Below, one piece after another: positions 1 through 8,452 of a stretch of 40,000 nt of DNA. The notes below the pieces were generated by a model. The model was not told where the DNA came from, made no database searches, and saw only the letters and a program-made list of their open reading frames with translations. Source of the stretch: Halobellus marinus (GTDB taxonomy: Archaea; Halobacteriota; Halobacteria; Halobacteriales; Haloferacaceae); the NCBI RefSeq assembly GCF_032113415.1, contig NZ_CP134946.1, positions 1,614,333 through 1,654,332 of the forward strand, given 5' to 3'. Position numbers and translations under genes: made by a program. Positions within the stretch are counted from its first letter, which is position 1, and every line of letters begins with the position of its first letter.

Positions 1-17
1 GCAGTGTCAGTCCGCCG

Positions 18-1034
18 TTACTCGTCGAGTTCGTCGGCGAGTTCGTCTGCGTCGACGTCGACGTCCTCGATCGCCTCTTCGAGGTCCTCGGGCGCAGCGC
101 CGCCGCCTCCGCCCATCATTCCGCCGAGGCCGCCCATCATCCCGCCCATCCCTTCGATGGTCTCCTGGACGATGACGCGATCGAGATCCAGGCGATCCAT
201 CACGTCCTGGGCGATCTGCTGTTTCGAGAACATCCACTGCTGGTTCATCGTCATCTGCGGCGTCGCCTCGATGTACAGCGTCTCTTTTTCGACTTCGACC
301 GTCTCGGTCTCAGGTTCGGCCTCTTCGTCTTCCTCCTCGTCCTCGTCGGGCTCGACGACCTGTTCTTCTTCGACGGTGTCGGTCTCGATCCAGACCTCGG
401 GGGCCTCCTGGAGGTACATCTCCAGCATACTGGCGGCCTGCTCCTCGCGGTCCTCGACCACTTCGAGGATCTCGTACTCGTATTCGAGGTCCTCGCCCGC
501 GAGCGGGTGGTTGAAGTCGACGCGGGCGCGGCCGCCGACCATCGTCACGACCCGGCCCTGGTCGCCGTCGATCTGGACCTGCGCGCCCGGGTAGCGCTCG
601 TCCTCGTCGATCTTGTTGGCGCTGACGGTCCGGACCTCGTCGTCGTCGTACTCCCCGAACGCCTCGGCGGCAGAGACCTCGACGGTGCCTGAGTCGCCGA
701 CCTCCGCGCCGAGGAGCGCCTCGTCGACGCTCTCGAAGACGTGCCCGGCGCCGACGACGACGACCCGCGGCTCGAACTCGTACTCCTCGGTGTCGATATC
801 GGCTTCCTCGGCCGTCTCCTCGTCCGTGGTGTCGACGACGGTGCCGTCGTCTGCGGTTCGGAGCGTGTAGGCGAGGCGGACGAAGTCACCGTCGCTGATT
901 CCGTCCTCGGTGTCGCCCTCCGCTTCTGCGACATCGTCCGCTTCGGCGACGTCCTCGTATCCTTCTGTCTCTTCCTCTGGAGCGTCGGCGTCAGCCTGCG
1001 ATTCGTCGGCGTCTTCCCGCTGTTCGTCACTCAT
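18..1034 (-). CDS. FKBP-type peptidyl-prolyl cis-trans isomerase (long archaeal FKBP/SlyD-like form) with very acidic extensions and a Gly/Met-rich tail
   Basis: ORF 18..1070. FKBP-like core segments 'VVVVGAGHVFESVDEALLGAEVGDSGTVEV' and 'RVDFNHPLAGEDLEYEYEILEV'. Start moved to the internal ATG at 1032-1034 (MSDEQRED...). C-terminal 'GMGGMMGGLGGMMGGGGG'. GC-rich third codon positions. Confidence 0.8.
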   Translation of the reverse strand: MSDEQREDADESQADADAPEEETEGYEDVAEADDVAEAEGDTEDGISDGDFVRLAYTLRTADDGTVVDTTDEETAEEADIDTEEYEFEPRVVVVGAGHVFESVDEALLGAEVGDSGTVEVSAAEAFGEYDDDEVRTVSANKIDEDERYPGAQVQIDGDQGRVVTMVGGRARVDFNHPLAGEDLEYEYEILEVVEDREEQAASMLEMYLQEAPEVWIETDTVEEEQVVEPDEDEEEDEEAEPETETVEVEKETLYIEATPQMTMNQQWMFSKQQIAQDVMDRLDLDRVIVQETIEGMGGMMGGLGGMMGGGGGAAPEDLEEAIEDVDVDADELADELDE

Positions 1035-1206
1035 ATCCGAACCATCACCCGTGCGACTCTTAAGAATCACGTTTCGGTCCGCGCCCGTACTGCGGCCGAT
1101 CCGGCGGCTTTCGGGCCGAAATACCTCGGCTGGGGCTATGGACGGCGCTACGGTCGCGACGAAGATTTATCACGAACGAACAAGATGCATATAGTGGTGT
1201 GTTCCC

Positions 1207-1644
1207 ATGGCACAGACGATGCTCCTCGTGAGCTTCCTCCTCGGGATCGGTCTCGTGGTGGGGCTCGTCGTCCTGCTCACGCGCGGGCGATACCATCACT
1301 CGGCTGATCTTGCAGGATCCGGAAATCTCGCGCAGCGCCTCGGGCGGGCGACGCGCAAGCCGGCGGTATGGGCCGCCACGTTCGTGCTCCTGACCCTCCT
1401 GGCCGGTGGTGCGACCGTCCTCGCGGTCGGCGGGTACGGCGTCTCTACGGACGTCTCCGCCGGAGCGACTACCCTGCTCGCCACACTCGGGACGGTCCTC
1501 GTGGTCGGGTACGTCTTCTACGGGACGTTCGTCGCCGCGCGCGCCAGGGGACTGCACGCGGCGCAGGCTGCCGCGTTCGGGTCGTGGGCGCTCGGACTGT
1601 TGGTGCTTGTCGCCGTCGCCGCGAGCCTGCTCGGGTTCGCCTGA
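1207..1644 (+). CDS. small integral membrane protein (~4 TM), function unknown
   Basis: 145-aa ATG ORF with four hydrophobic segments (e.g. 'LLVSFLLGIGLVVGLVVLL', 'WALGLLVLVAVAASLLGF'). Its stop lies 3 nt before the next ATG, suggesting an operon. Confidence 0.6.
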   Translation: MAQTMLLVSFLLGIGLVVGLVVLLTRGRYHHSADLAGSGNLAQRLGRATRKPAVWAATFVLLTLLAGGATVLAVGGYGVSTDVSAGATTLLATLGTVLVVGYVFYGTFVAARARGLHAAQAAAFGSWALGLLVLVAVAASLLGFA

Positions 1645-1647
1645 CCG

Positions 1648-3039
1648 ATGGTCGGCGCCCGGGAGCTCCGCCGACCGCTGTCGACTGCTATCGCCGGTGT
1701 GCTCGCGACCGCGCTGCTCGCTGATCCGGCCGTCGCACACGCCGGATCTTTCGGCACCACTCGGACCGCCCCCATCCCGTCTTGGCTGGTTATCGGGACC
1801 GGCGTGGGCGTGGTCGGGGCGTCGTTCCTGTTCACGAGCCTGCTGACCGACCGGACGCTCGTCGAAGCGGTCCCGCGGCGGGCCCGGTCGTCACAAGCGG
1901 TCCGGTGGCTGGCACCGATCGCCCCACCCGCTCGGACGCTCCTCAGATGGGCGGCGGTGGGTGTCGTGGTCGTCGCCGTCGCGGTCGGCATCGTCGGTCC
2001 CGAATCCCCGCGGGCGAACCTGCTCACGCTCGGGGTCTGGATCGTGTGGTGGGCCGGGTATACGGCGACAACGTATCTCGTCGGAAACAGCTGGCCGGCG
2101 GTGAACCCCTGGCGAACGGTCGCGTCAGTCATCCCGAGCGAACGGCGGTCGCTCCCCGACAGCGTCGGGGTGTGGCCGAGCGTCGTTGGCCTCCTCGCGC
2201 TCGTCACTGCGGAGGTGTCGAGCCCGCTGGCGGCCGACTCCCGACTCCTCGCGCTCGCCGTGGGCTGTTACTCTGCGGTCACAGTCGGTGGTGCGGTCGT
2301 CTTCGGCGACGCGTGGTTCGAGCGCGTCGATCCGGTGGCGCGGACGTTCCGCTGCTACGGGCTGCTTGCGCCGGTTCGCCGGTCTGGAACCGGCCTTGAT
2401 CTCGCTCTCCCGGGGACGGGGCTGATCCGCGAGTCGACCGTCTACGACCGCGGCGAGGTCGCGTTCGTGATCGCGCTCGTGTGGGCGACGACGTTCGACG
2501 GGCTCGTCTCGACGGCCGCCTGGGGACGAGTGGCGACGGCCGCGGCGGGCGTCGGCGTTCCCCGGGTGGTGCTCACGCTCCTTGCGCTCGGTGGCGGGTT
2601 CGGCTGCTTCGCGGGGCTCTACTGGCTCGCCGCCCGCGCTGTCAGACGAACTGCGCCGACGTACGTCACGACGCGGTACCTCGCGGGGTGGTTCGCCACG
2701 GCGCTGATCCCGATCGCGGCCGGCTACCACCTCGCGCACTTCGCCGGCTATCTCCTCTCTTTCGCGCCGACGGTGCTTTCGGTCGCCGCGGCGCCGCTTG
2801 CGCCGCCGGCAGCCCTCACCGTGCTGTCGCTGCCGCCCTGGTTCGGCGCGGTGCAGATCATCGCCGTCGTCGTGGGTCACGTCGTCGCCGTCTGGGTCGC
2901 TCACGCCCGCGCGTTCGCGTTGTTCGCGGGCCGGGTCCAGCCGGTCAGGAGCCAGTACCCATTCGCAGCTGTAGCCGTCTGCTATACGGCGACGAGCCTC
3001 TGGATCGTCGCACAGCCGACCGCGGCCGGACTCGCGTAG
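1648..3039 (+). CDS. polytopic integral membrane protein (>=10 TM), function unknown
   Basis: 463-aa ORF with an N-terminal signal-like segment '...LATALLADPAVAHAGS' and many hydrophobic helices. His-containing helices 'AAGYHLAHFAGYLL' and 'VVGHVVAVWVAHARAF'. Tightly packed with its flanking genes. Confidence 0.65.
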   Translation: MVGARELRRPLSTAIAGVLATALLADPAVAHAGSFGTTRTAPIPSWLVIGTGVGVVGASFLFTSLLTDRTLVEAVPRRARSSQAVRWLAPIAPPARTLLRWAAVGVVVVAVAVGIVGPESPRANLLTLGVWIVWWAGYTATTYLVGNSWPAVNPWRTVASVIPSERRSLPDSVGVWPSVVGLLALVTAEVSSPLAADSRLLALAVGCYSAVTVGGAVVFGDAWFERVDPVARTFRCYGLLAPVRRSGTGLDLALPGTGLIRESTVYDRGEVAFVIALVWATTFDGLVSTAAWGRVATAAAGVGVPRVVLTLLALGGGFGCFAGLYWLAARAVRRTAPTYVTTRYLAGWFATALIPIAAGYHLAHFAGYLLSFAPTVLSVAAAPLAPPAALTVLSLPPWFGAVQIIAVVVGHVVAVWVAHARAFALFAGRVQPVRSQYPFAAVAVCYTATSLWIVAQPTAAGLA

Positions 3040-3040
3040 T

Positions 3041-3337
3041 ATGTCCCGAACGCCACCTCCCGAGACCGCGCTGCCGGACGACGAATCGGTGGGCGACGAA
3101 GCGGCGGTCGCACGCTGCCCGTACTGTGACCGGCCGTTCGTCACCGACCGCCAGCGCGCCATCCACGTGGGGGAGCGACACGACCCGGCCGCGGCCGAAC
3201 AGCAGGCCTACGAGCGCGCCCGGCGCGAAGAGAGCGACGAACTGTTCCGCCTGCACCTGCGGGTAGTCGTCGCGATCGGCCTGCTGTACGCCGCGTTCGT
3301 CGTTGCCGGGGTCGTGGCGTTCAGCCTCCCGGGCTGA
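3041..3337 (+). CDS. C2H2-type zinc-finger protein with C-terminal transmembrane anchor
   Basis: 98-aa ORF starting 1 nt after the upstream TAG. 'CPYCDRPFVTDRQRAIHVGERH' fits C-x2-C-x12-H-x4-H. The C-terminal 'VVVAIGLLYAAFVVAGVVAF' is hydrophobic. Confidence 0.65.
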   Translation: MSRTPPPETALPDDESVGDEAAVARCPYCDRPFVTDRQRAIHVGERHDPAAAEQQAYERARREESDELFRLHLRVVVAIGLLYAAFVVAGVVAFSLPG

Positions 3338-3342
3338 ACGAT

Positions 3343-3361
3343 CGGCGGCTTGTCGCCGCCG
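3343..3361. terminator. GC-rich hairpin between convergent genes (possible bidirectional terminator)
   Basis: 'CGGCGGC-TTGTC-GCCGCCG', a 7-bp stem with a 5-nt loop, lies between the + stop at 3337 and the - stop at 3372. The terminator function is inferred only. Confidence 0.3.
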
Positions 3362-3371
3362 CGGTGCGGAC

Positions 3372-3575
3372 TCAGACTCCGTGTTCCTCGCCGCCCTCGG
3401 GTTCGGGGGCGCGGGCGACGACGGCGGTGAGTACGCCGACGCCGCCGACGACGACGGCCCCGAAGACGGCGACGATCGCCGTCCCGAGGCCCATCGCCTC
3501 CGCTGTGAGCAGTGCCGCCAGCCCGCCCACGACGAGCGCGACGGCGACCGCGAGCGCGAGAGTCGTTCCGTTCAT
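3372..3575 (-). CDS. small membrane protein (2 TM), function unknown
   Basis: Part of ORF 3372..3665. Start taken at the internal ATG 3573-3575 (MNGTTLALAVAVALVVGG...). Almost all codons end in G/C. The region upstream of this ATG is basic and not protein-like. Confidence 0.5.
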   Translation of the reverse strand: MNGTTLALAVAVALVVGGLAALLTAEAMGLGTAIVAVFGAVVVGGVGVLTAVVARAPEPEGGEEHGV

Positions 3576-3740
3576 CGTCGCCGGATTGGTGCTCGGCCGT
3601 GGTAAATGTTGACGTTTAACTGACCCCGACTGCTGCCGGTGACGTTCCTGGAGCCTCCTTATCATCCGTCACTCACCGTCTCGGCGACTACCGCACACCA
3701 TCCTGAGGACCCGCCACTTCCGGTTCCAGTGAACTGTCGC

Positions 3741-3968
3741 TCACGTCTCCGTCGAACCGCCCACGCCGATGGCGACGACGAGGACGAACACCGCAGCCGC
3801 GAGCACGATGCTCGGCGCGAAGACGATCGGGTCCACGGGTCGGGAGCCGGTCACCTGGAGCAGCATCACCGCGACGCCGACGCAGACGGGGAGCGAGAAG
3901 ACGAGCGCGTACCCGAGGACGACCCGTCTGCGCGAGTCCTCGGAGTCGGTGCGATCGGCGTCGGTCAC
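3741..3968 (-). CDS. small membrane protein (2 TM) translationally coupled to the cox subunit-IV-like gene
   Basis: C-terminal 75 codons of track ORF 3741..4232. A GTG start overlaps the upstream TGA stop (GTGA). 'VVLGYALVFSLPVCVGVAVMLL' and 'IVFAPSIVLAAAVFVLVVAIGV' are hydrophobic. GC3 is very high. Confidence 0.5.
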   Translation of the reverse strand: MTDADRTDSEDSRRRVVLGYALVFSLPVCVGVAVMLLQVTGSRPVDPIVFAPSIVLAAAVFVLVVAIGVGGSTET

Positions 3969-4225
3969 AGGATCGAGTACGACGCCGCGAGGGTCAGTGC
4001 CAGTGCCGCCGCGAGCCCTATGAGGACGACGTACGTCAAAGAGCGGGGCTCGTACCGGAGATGCTGGAAGTACGCCGCCACGAGCACGGCCTTGAACGCC
4101 GAGAGCGCGACGATGATTCCGAACGCCGTCCAGTAGGCCAGTCCCGCGAACTCGACGAGCACCTGGATCGTCGCCGAGACGAATAGGACCGCGAACACCG
4201 CCGTGTACAGTTTCGTGTTTGTCAT
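3965..4225 (-). CDS. cytochrome oxidase subunit IV-like small membrane protein (prokaryotic CoxD/CyoD-like)
   Basis: 86 aa with 3 TM; 'FKAVLVAAYFQHLRYE' resembles the oxidase subunit IV family. A strong Shine-Dalgarno-like 'GAGGTGA' lies between the coxA stop (4234) and this ATG. Confidence 0.7.
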   Translation of the reverse strand: MTNTKLYTAVFAVLFVSATIQVLVEFAGLAYWTAFGIIVALSAFKAVLVAAYFQHLRYEPRSLTYVVLIGLAAALALTLAASYSIL

Positions 4226-4233
4226 AGGTCACC

Positions 4234-6942
4234 TCACAGGATGTAGAACAGCGGGAAGAGGAACAGCCAGACGATGTCCACGAAGTGCCAGTAGAGCCCG
4301 AAGTACTCGACCGGCCGGTGGTCCGTCAGGTAGGACCCGCCGATCGCGCGTCCGAGGAGATACAGCGTCCCGATTAGCCCCGCGATCACGTGCGCGGCGT
4401 GCAGCCCGGTCGTCAGGAAGAACGTCGAGGTCCGGACCGTCGCGGTCGGATCGACTCCCTCGTGGAACAGGTGCTGCCACTCCAGGGCCTTGTTGCCGAG
4501 GAACCCGACGCCCAGGACGAACGTCACCGTCAGGCTCGCGATCAGCCCGCCCCGGTGGCGCTTCTGAGCGGCGACCAGCGCCAGGATGACGGTGAAACTG
4601 CTCGCGAGCAGGATGTACGTGTTCACGAGTCCCGGGATCGGGTCGGCTGGGACCGGCTCCCATCCGGTCCACCCGGCCGCGACGCGGGTGAAGACGTACG
4701 CGCCGATGAAGCCGCCGAAGAGGACGACGTCGGAGGCGAGGAAGATCCACATCCCGACCTTTCCGTTTTCGATCCCGTCGAACGGCCAGGCCTCCCCGAA
4801 GCCGCCCTCGGGGGCCTCGAAGGGCTCGATCGCCCAAGCGACGAGCGATCCGAGAACGATCACGCCCCCGGCGAGGGCGGCGAAGGCGTAGGCCGTGCCG
4901 GCCATCCCCTCGACGAGCGATCCCTCGCGGACGCCCGAGAGGCCCAGGAAAAGCAGGAACGCCCCGACGCTGACCGCGAGGGGCCAGACGCTGGTGTGGT
5001 CGCCGTGGGCGTGGTCACTCGCGTGAGCCTCCGCTGTGGCCCCGCCATCTGCTCGCGGCGACGCGGCCGTGTCGCCGTCGGCCGTCCCCGTACTCCCGCC
5101 GTCGGCGGCATCACGCCGGAACGAGAGCTGTCCGCCGCTGTAGGACGGCACGCCCGGGAAGTTCCCCGCGGGGGGCGGTGAGGGGACTGCCCACTCGGCG
5201 GTGCGGGAGAACTCCCAGGGTTTGTTGCCGACGCGCTCGCCGTCGAAGGCGCTCTTCGTCAGGTTGTACACCATCAGGATGAACGACAGCCCGAGGATGA
5301 ACGCGCCGACGGTGGCGAGTTTGTGCCAGGGAGCCATCCACGCGTCGTACTGGAAGACGCGCCGCGGGGTCTCCCAGGCGACGAACATCGGGAAGTAAAG
5401 CAGGTTGAAGCCCACGAAGTACGCGACGAAGTGCGCCTTCCCCAGGAACTCGTCGTACATCCGCCCGGTGATCTTCGGGAACCAGTAGTAGAGGCCCCCG
5501 ATGAGCGCGGTGACGCCGCCGACCATCACGTAATGGAAGTGGGCGACGACCCAGTAGGTCCCGCGGAACTCGTAATCGAGGACAATCGCGCCCAGGAAGA
5601 CACCCGTGATCCCCCCGAGGATGAAGAGCAACAGGCCGCCGAAGGAGAACAGAAACGGCGTCGTAAACCGGATGCGTCCCTTCACGAGCGTGTAGATCAG
5701 CGAGAACACCATCAGGTCGAAGGGCAGGGAGATTCCGATCGTGGTCACCATAAACAGCGTCTTGATCTGGAGGTTGATCCCGGTCAGGAACATATGGTGC
5801 ATCCAGACGACGAAGCTCTGGAGCGCGACGAGCACCATCGCCGCGATGAACCACTTCCGGCCGACGATCCGGCGGCCGGTGAACGTCTGGAACACCTCGG
5901 CCATCACTCCCAGCGCGGGGAAGAAGACGATGTACACCTCGGGATGGCCGAAGAACCAGAACAGGTGCGTCCACAGGAGCGATCCCCCGGCCGTCTCCTG
6001 GACGAAGTAGGCGGTGCCCAGGATCCGGTCCGACGAGAGGATGAGCAGCGCGGCCAAAAGCGCCGCGAAGGCGAAAAGCATCATCCAGACGGTGAGCAGG
6101 ATCGACCACGTGAAGATCGGGAGCCGTCTGAGCGTCAGTCCCTCCGCACGCATCCGGTGCATCGTCGTCAGGAAGTTCACCGACGAGACGGTGACCGAGG
6201 CGACGAAGAGAACGAGCGCGAGGATGGCGGTGTTTGCGCCCACGTCCGGGGTGAACGTCGGGAGGTTCAGCGGAGCGTACATCGTCCACCCGCCGGCGAA
6301 GGTCCCACCCTGGAAGAAGGAGGCGACAAACAGGAGCCCGGAGGCGAGGTACAGCCAGAAGCTCAGGGCGTTCAGCCGCGGAAACGCGAGGTCGTCGGCG
6401 CCCATCTGCAAGGGGACGACGTAGTTCGCGAAGCCGAACGCGAACGGCGAGAGGAACCAAAACACCATTATCAGCCCGTGTGCCGAGACCGCCTGATTGT
6501 ACGCCATCGCGCTGAGGACCCCCTCACCGACCGCACGGGGCTCCCACATCTGGATCCGCATCAGCCACGCGAGCAGCCCGCCCAGAAACAGGAAGAAAAC
6601 CGAGGTGACGATATAGAGGATGCCGACGTCCTTGTGGTTCGTCGTCGTCAGCCAGTAGCGGACGCTCTCCCGGGAGGGGTAAGAGCCCTCTGTGACGGCT
6701 CCCGGGACGGGCTCTTCTCCCGTCAATCCCTCCGGGGAGACTGTTCCGCCGTCGGGGGTTCCCTCGGACCTTCCAGTGGCCGTTCCGGCGTCGGCTTTCG
6801 CCTCATCGGCCCCTCCAACGGCTGTTCCACCGTCGGGTTTCGCCCCGTTGGAGCCCTCGTCGTTCGTCGCCCCGTCGGCGGCCGCCGTCTCGCCGTCGGG
6901 CGCTCCAGTGCCAGTCCCGTCTTCTTTGTCTCTGTCCGTCAT
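4234..6942 (-). CDS. coxA: cox-type terminal oxidase, fused subunit I + subunit III
   Basis: 902 aa. Subunit I hallmarks: 'WLTTTNHKDVGILYI', 'WFFGHPEVYIVFFPALG', 'VVAHFHYVM'. C-terminal subunit III hallmarks: 'FFLTTGLHAAHVIAGL', 'GLYWHFVDIVWLFLFPLFY'. Low-complexity N-terminal extension and I/III linker. Confidence 0.95.
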   Translation of the reverse strand: MTDRDKEDGTGTGAPDGETAAADGATNDEGSNGAKPDGGTAVGGADEAKADAGTATGRSEGTPDGGTVSPEGLTGEEPVPGAVTEGSYPSRESVRYWLTTTNHKDVGILYIVTSVFFLFLGGLLAWLMRIQMWEPRAVGEGVLSAMAYNQAVSAHGLIMVFWFLSPFAFGFANYVVPLQMGADDLAFPRLNALSFWLYLASGLLFVASFFQGGTFAGGWTMYAPLNLPTFTPDVGANTAILALVLFVASVTVSSVNFLTTMHRMRAEGLTLRRLPIFTWSILLTVWMMLFAFAALLAALLILSSDRILGTAYFVQETAGGSLLWTHLFWFFGHPEVYIVFFPALGVMAEVFQTFTGRRIVGRKWFIAAMVLVALQSFVVWMHHMFLTGINLQIKTLFMVTTIGISLPFDLMVFSLIYTLVKGRIRFTTPFLFSFGGLLLFILGGITGVFLGAIVLDYEFRGTYWVVAHFHYVMVGGVTALIGGLYYWFPKITGRMYDEFLGKAHFVAYFVGFNLLYFPMFVAWETPRRVFQYDAWMAPWHKLATVGAFILGLSFILMVYNLTKSAFDGERVGNKPWEFSRTAEWAVPSPPPAGNFPGVPSYSGGQLSFRRDAADGGSTGTADGDTAASPRADGGATAEAHASDHAHGDHTSVWPLAVSVGAFLLFLGLSGVREGSLVEGMAGTAYAFAALAGGVIVLGSLVAWAIEPFEAPEGGFGEAWPFDGIENGKVGMWIFLASDVVLFGGFIGAYVFTRVAAGWTGWEPVPADPIPGLVNTYILLASSFTVILALVAAQKRHRGGLIASLTVTFVLGVGFLGNKALEWQHLFHEGVDPTATVRTSTFFLTTGLHAAHVIAGLIGTLYLLGRAIGGSYLTDHRPVEYFGLYWHFVDIVWLFLFPLFYIL

Positions 6943-7637
6943 GAGCCGGATGTTGTCGTGTTAGCGTACCACTCGTCGTACTCGTCGGGTTCCATCACGA
7001 CGACAGTCGCCGTCATATACGAGTGGCCGCTACCGCAGAGTTCGTAACACTGTGCCGTGTAGTTCCCCGTCTCCTCGGCCTCGAACCAGGTTGTCGTGGT
7101 CTGACCGGGGACGGCGTCGCTTTTCACGCGTAACTCCGGCACACCGAAGTTGTGGAAGACGTCACTCGACGTAACGCGGAGCCGGATCACCTCGTCACGC
7201 GGGACCCGGAGAACGCCGTCGGTCTGGTGGCCGTTCGGGTAGGTGAACTCCCATCCGAACCGGTAGCCGTCGACCTCGACTTCCATCTCCGGCGACGGCG
7301 GGTCTTCCACGTAGAGCAGCGTTCCGTAGGTCCAGGCGACAAGCGAGACGACGATGACGGTGCTGAGCGCGAAGGAGGTGAACAGCTTCCGACCGCCGCC
7401 GCTTCCGCCGGGAAGCTCTCCGAGTTGGGGAGGGTCGAAGTCGTGGTCGTGCGATGCCCCCTCTCGGTACTTGTAGGCGTTGTAGACCATATACGCGACG
7501 ACCACGACGCCGACGAGCGTTCCGAGGAGGAGAAACACCTCGAAGATGCGGCCGAAGACGGCCGTTCGCGTCCCCCGGGGGATCAGCCCCGCCTGTGCGA
7601 TCCAGCCCGCGACCGCCCCGGCGACGTGTGTGTACAT
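6939..7637 (-). CDS. coxB: cox-type terminal oxidase subunit II (CuA subunit)
   Basis: CuA motif 'CYELCGSGHSYM' plus 'FHNFGVPELRVK'. ATGA overlap with the coxA start. The track start (7673) is a TTG. I prefer the ATG at 7635-7637 (MYTHVAG...), which lies ~22 nt downstream of an 'AAATATT' box. Confidence 0.9.
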   Translation of the reverse strand: MYTHVAGAVAGWIAQAGLIPRGTRTAVFGRIFEVFLLLGTLVGVVVVAYMVYNAYKYREGASHDHDFDPPQLGELPGGSGGGRKLFTSFALSTVIVVSLVAWTYGTLLYVEDPPSPEMEVEVDGYRFGWEFTYPNGHQTDGVLRVPRDEVIRLRVTSSDVFHNFGVPELRVKSDAVPGQTTTTWFEAEETGNYTAQCYELCGSGHSYMTATVVVMEPDEYDEWYANTTTSGS

Positions 7638-7756
7638 CGATACCACACCACTCGCAATATTTGTCTTGAACAATACTTATAGATTGTGTGGGTAGACCCC
7701 GGGCGAAGCGACGCCCGGGCCGGGAACCCCACACGACTCTCGCCGCGTGGACGGTG

Positions 7757-8272
7757 TCAGACGTCGTGCTGTGGAATCCCGGTCGTTCTCGTCAGAACGT
7801 AGCCCAGCGTGAGTCCGTAGACCCAGTGCCCTGCCAGGGAAAACACGAGGAACGCGGCCCCCGTCGCCAACCCCGCCCCGGGCCAGAACGCGGGGACAAA
7901 CCCGGTCCAGAACATCGTCGCGAACGCCACGCCACGGAGATACCGCGGCGACTCCGGGGGGAGAAACGCCCCAACGACGAGGAACGTCAGCGGGAGCAAG
8001 ATTGTTCCGCCGAGGGCGAACAGGACGAGGCCGAGGGTGACGGTCGGTTCGATCCCGAAGAACTCCGCGAACCCGGCGAAGTTCGTTACCGGTTCGGTCC
8101 TGAAGAGGCCCAGAAAGCTGGGAACGCCAACGATAACGGGCAGCATCGCTACCGTCCCGAGGAGGCCGCCACCCATCGCGGCGAACACGACGCGGCCGGT
8201 GATCGGTATCTCGAAGGAATCGACCAGTTCCTCATCAACCGTCGTCGTTGGTTCCGACGTTTCGCCGCTCAT
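7757..8272 (-). CDS. integral membrane protein (~4 TM), function unknown
   Basis: C-terminal 171 codons of track ORF 7757..8902, starting at ATG 8270-8272 (MSGETSEPTTT...). An AT-rich TATA-like 'TTTATCATTAT' lies upstream. The upstream part of the long ORF is antisense to the CYTH gene. Confidence 0.6.
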   Translation of the reverse strand: MSGETSEPTTTVDEELVDSFEIPITGRVVFAAMGGGLLGTVAMLPVIVGVPSFLGLFRTEPVTNFAGFAEFFGIEPTVTLGLVLFALGGTILLPLTFLVVGAFLPPESPRYLRGVAFATMFWTGFVPAFWPGAGLATGAAFLVFSLAGHWVYGLTLGYVLTRTTGIPQHDV

Positions 8273-8356
8273 TGTTCTGTGATACCGTTTCGCAATCCAT
8301 AATGATAAATGGTAATGGTTTTTCGCGGTGTCGACCGGCCGGAGCCTTCCGAGGGT

Positions 8357-8432
8357 CACTCCGCAGATGGGACGGTTTTTCCCCGGGCGGATGGGCCGCT
8401 TGCCACTCCGCAGATGGGACGGTTTTTCCCCG
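8357..8432. repeat. two perfect 29-bp direct repeats (period 47 bp) in a divergent promoter region
   Basis: 'CACTCCGCAGATGGGACGGTTTTTCCCCG' occurs at 8357-8385 and 8404-8432. A degenerate third 'GGTTTTTCGCGG' lies near 8320. Confidence 0.9.
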
Positions 8433-8452
8433 CGCGGACGGACTGTCGGCGT

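Noticed and set aside
5323-7047. 574-aa + strand ORF (and the 449-aa minus ORF 5111..6460) overlapping the oxidase gene
   Set aside because: These are antisense or off-frame to an unambiguous coxA/III gene. The translations are Arg/Glu/Pro/Gly-rich low-complexity strings typical of non-coding frames in high-GC DNA.
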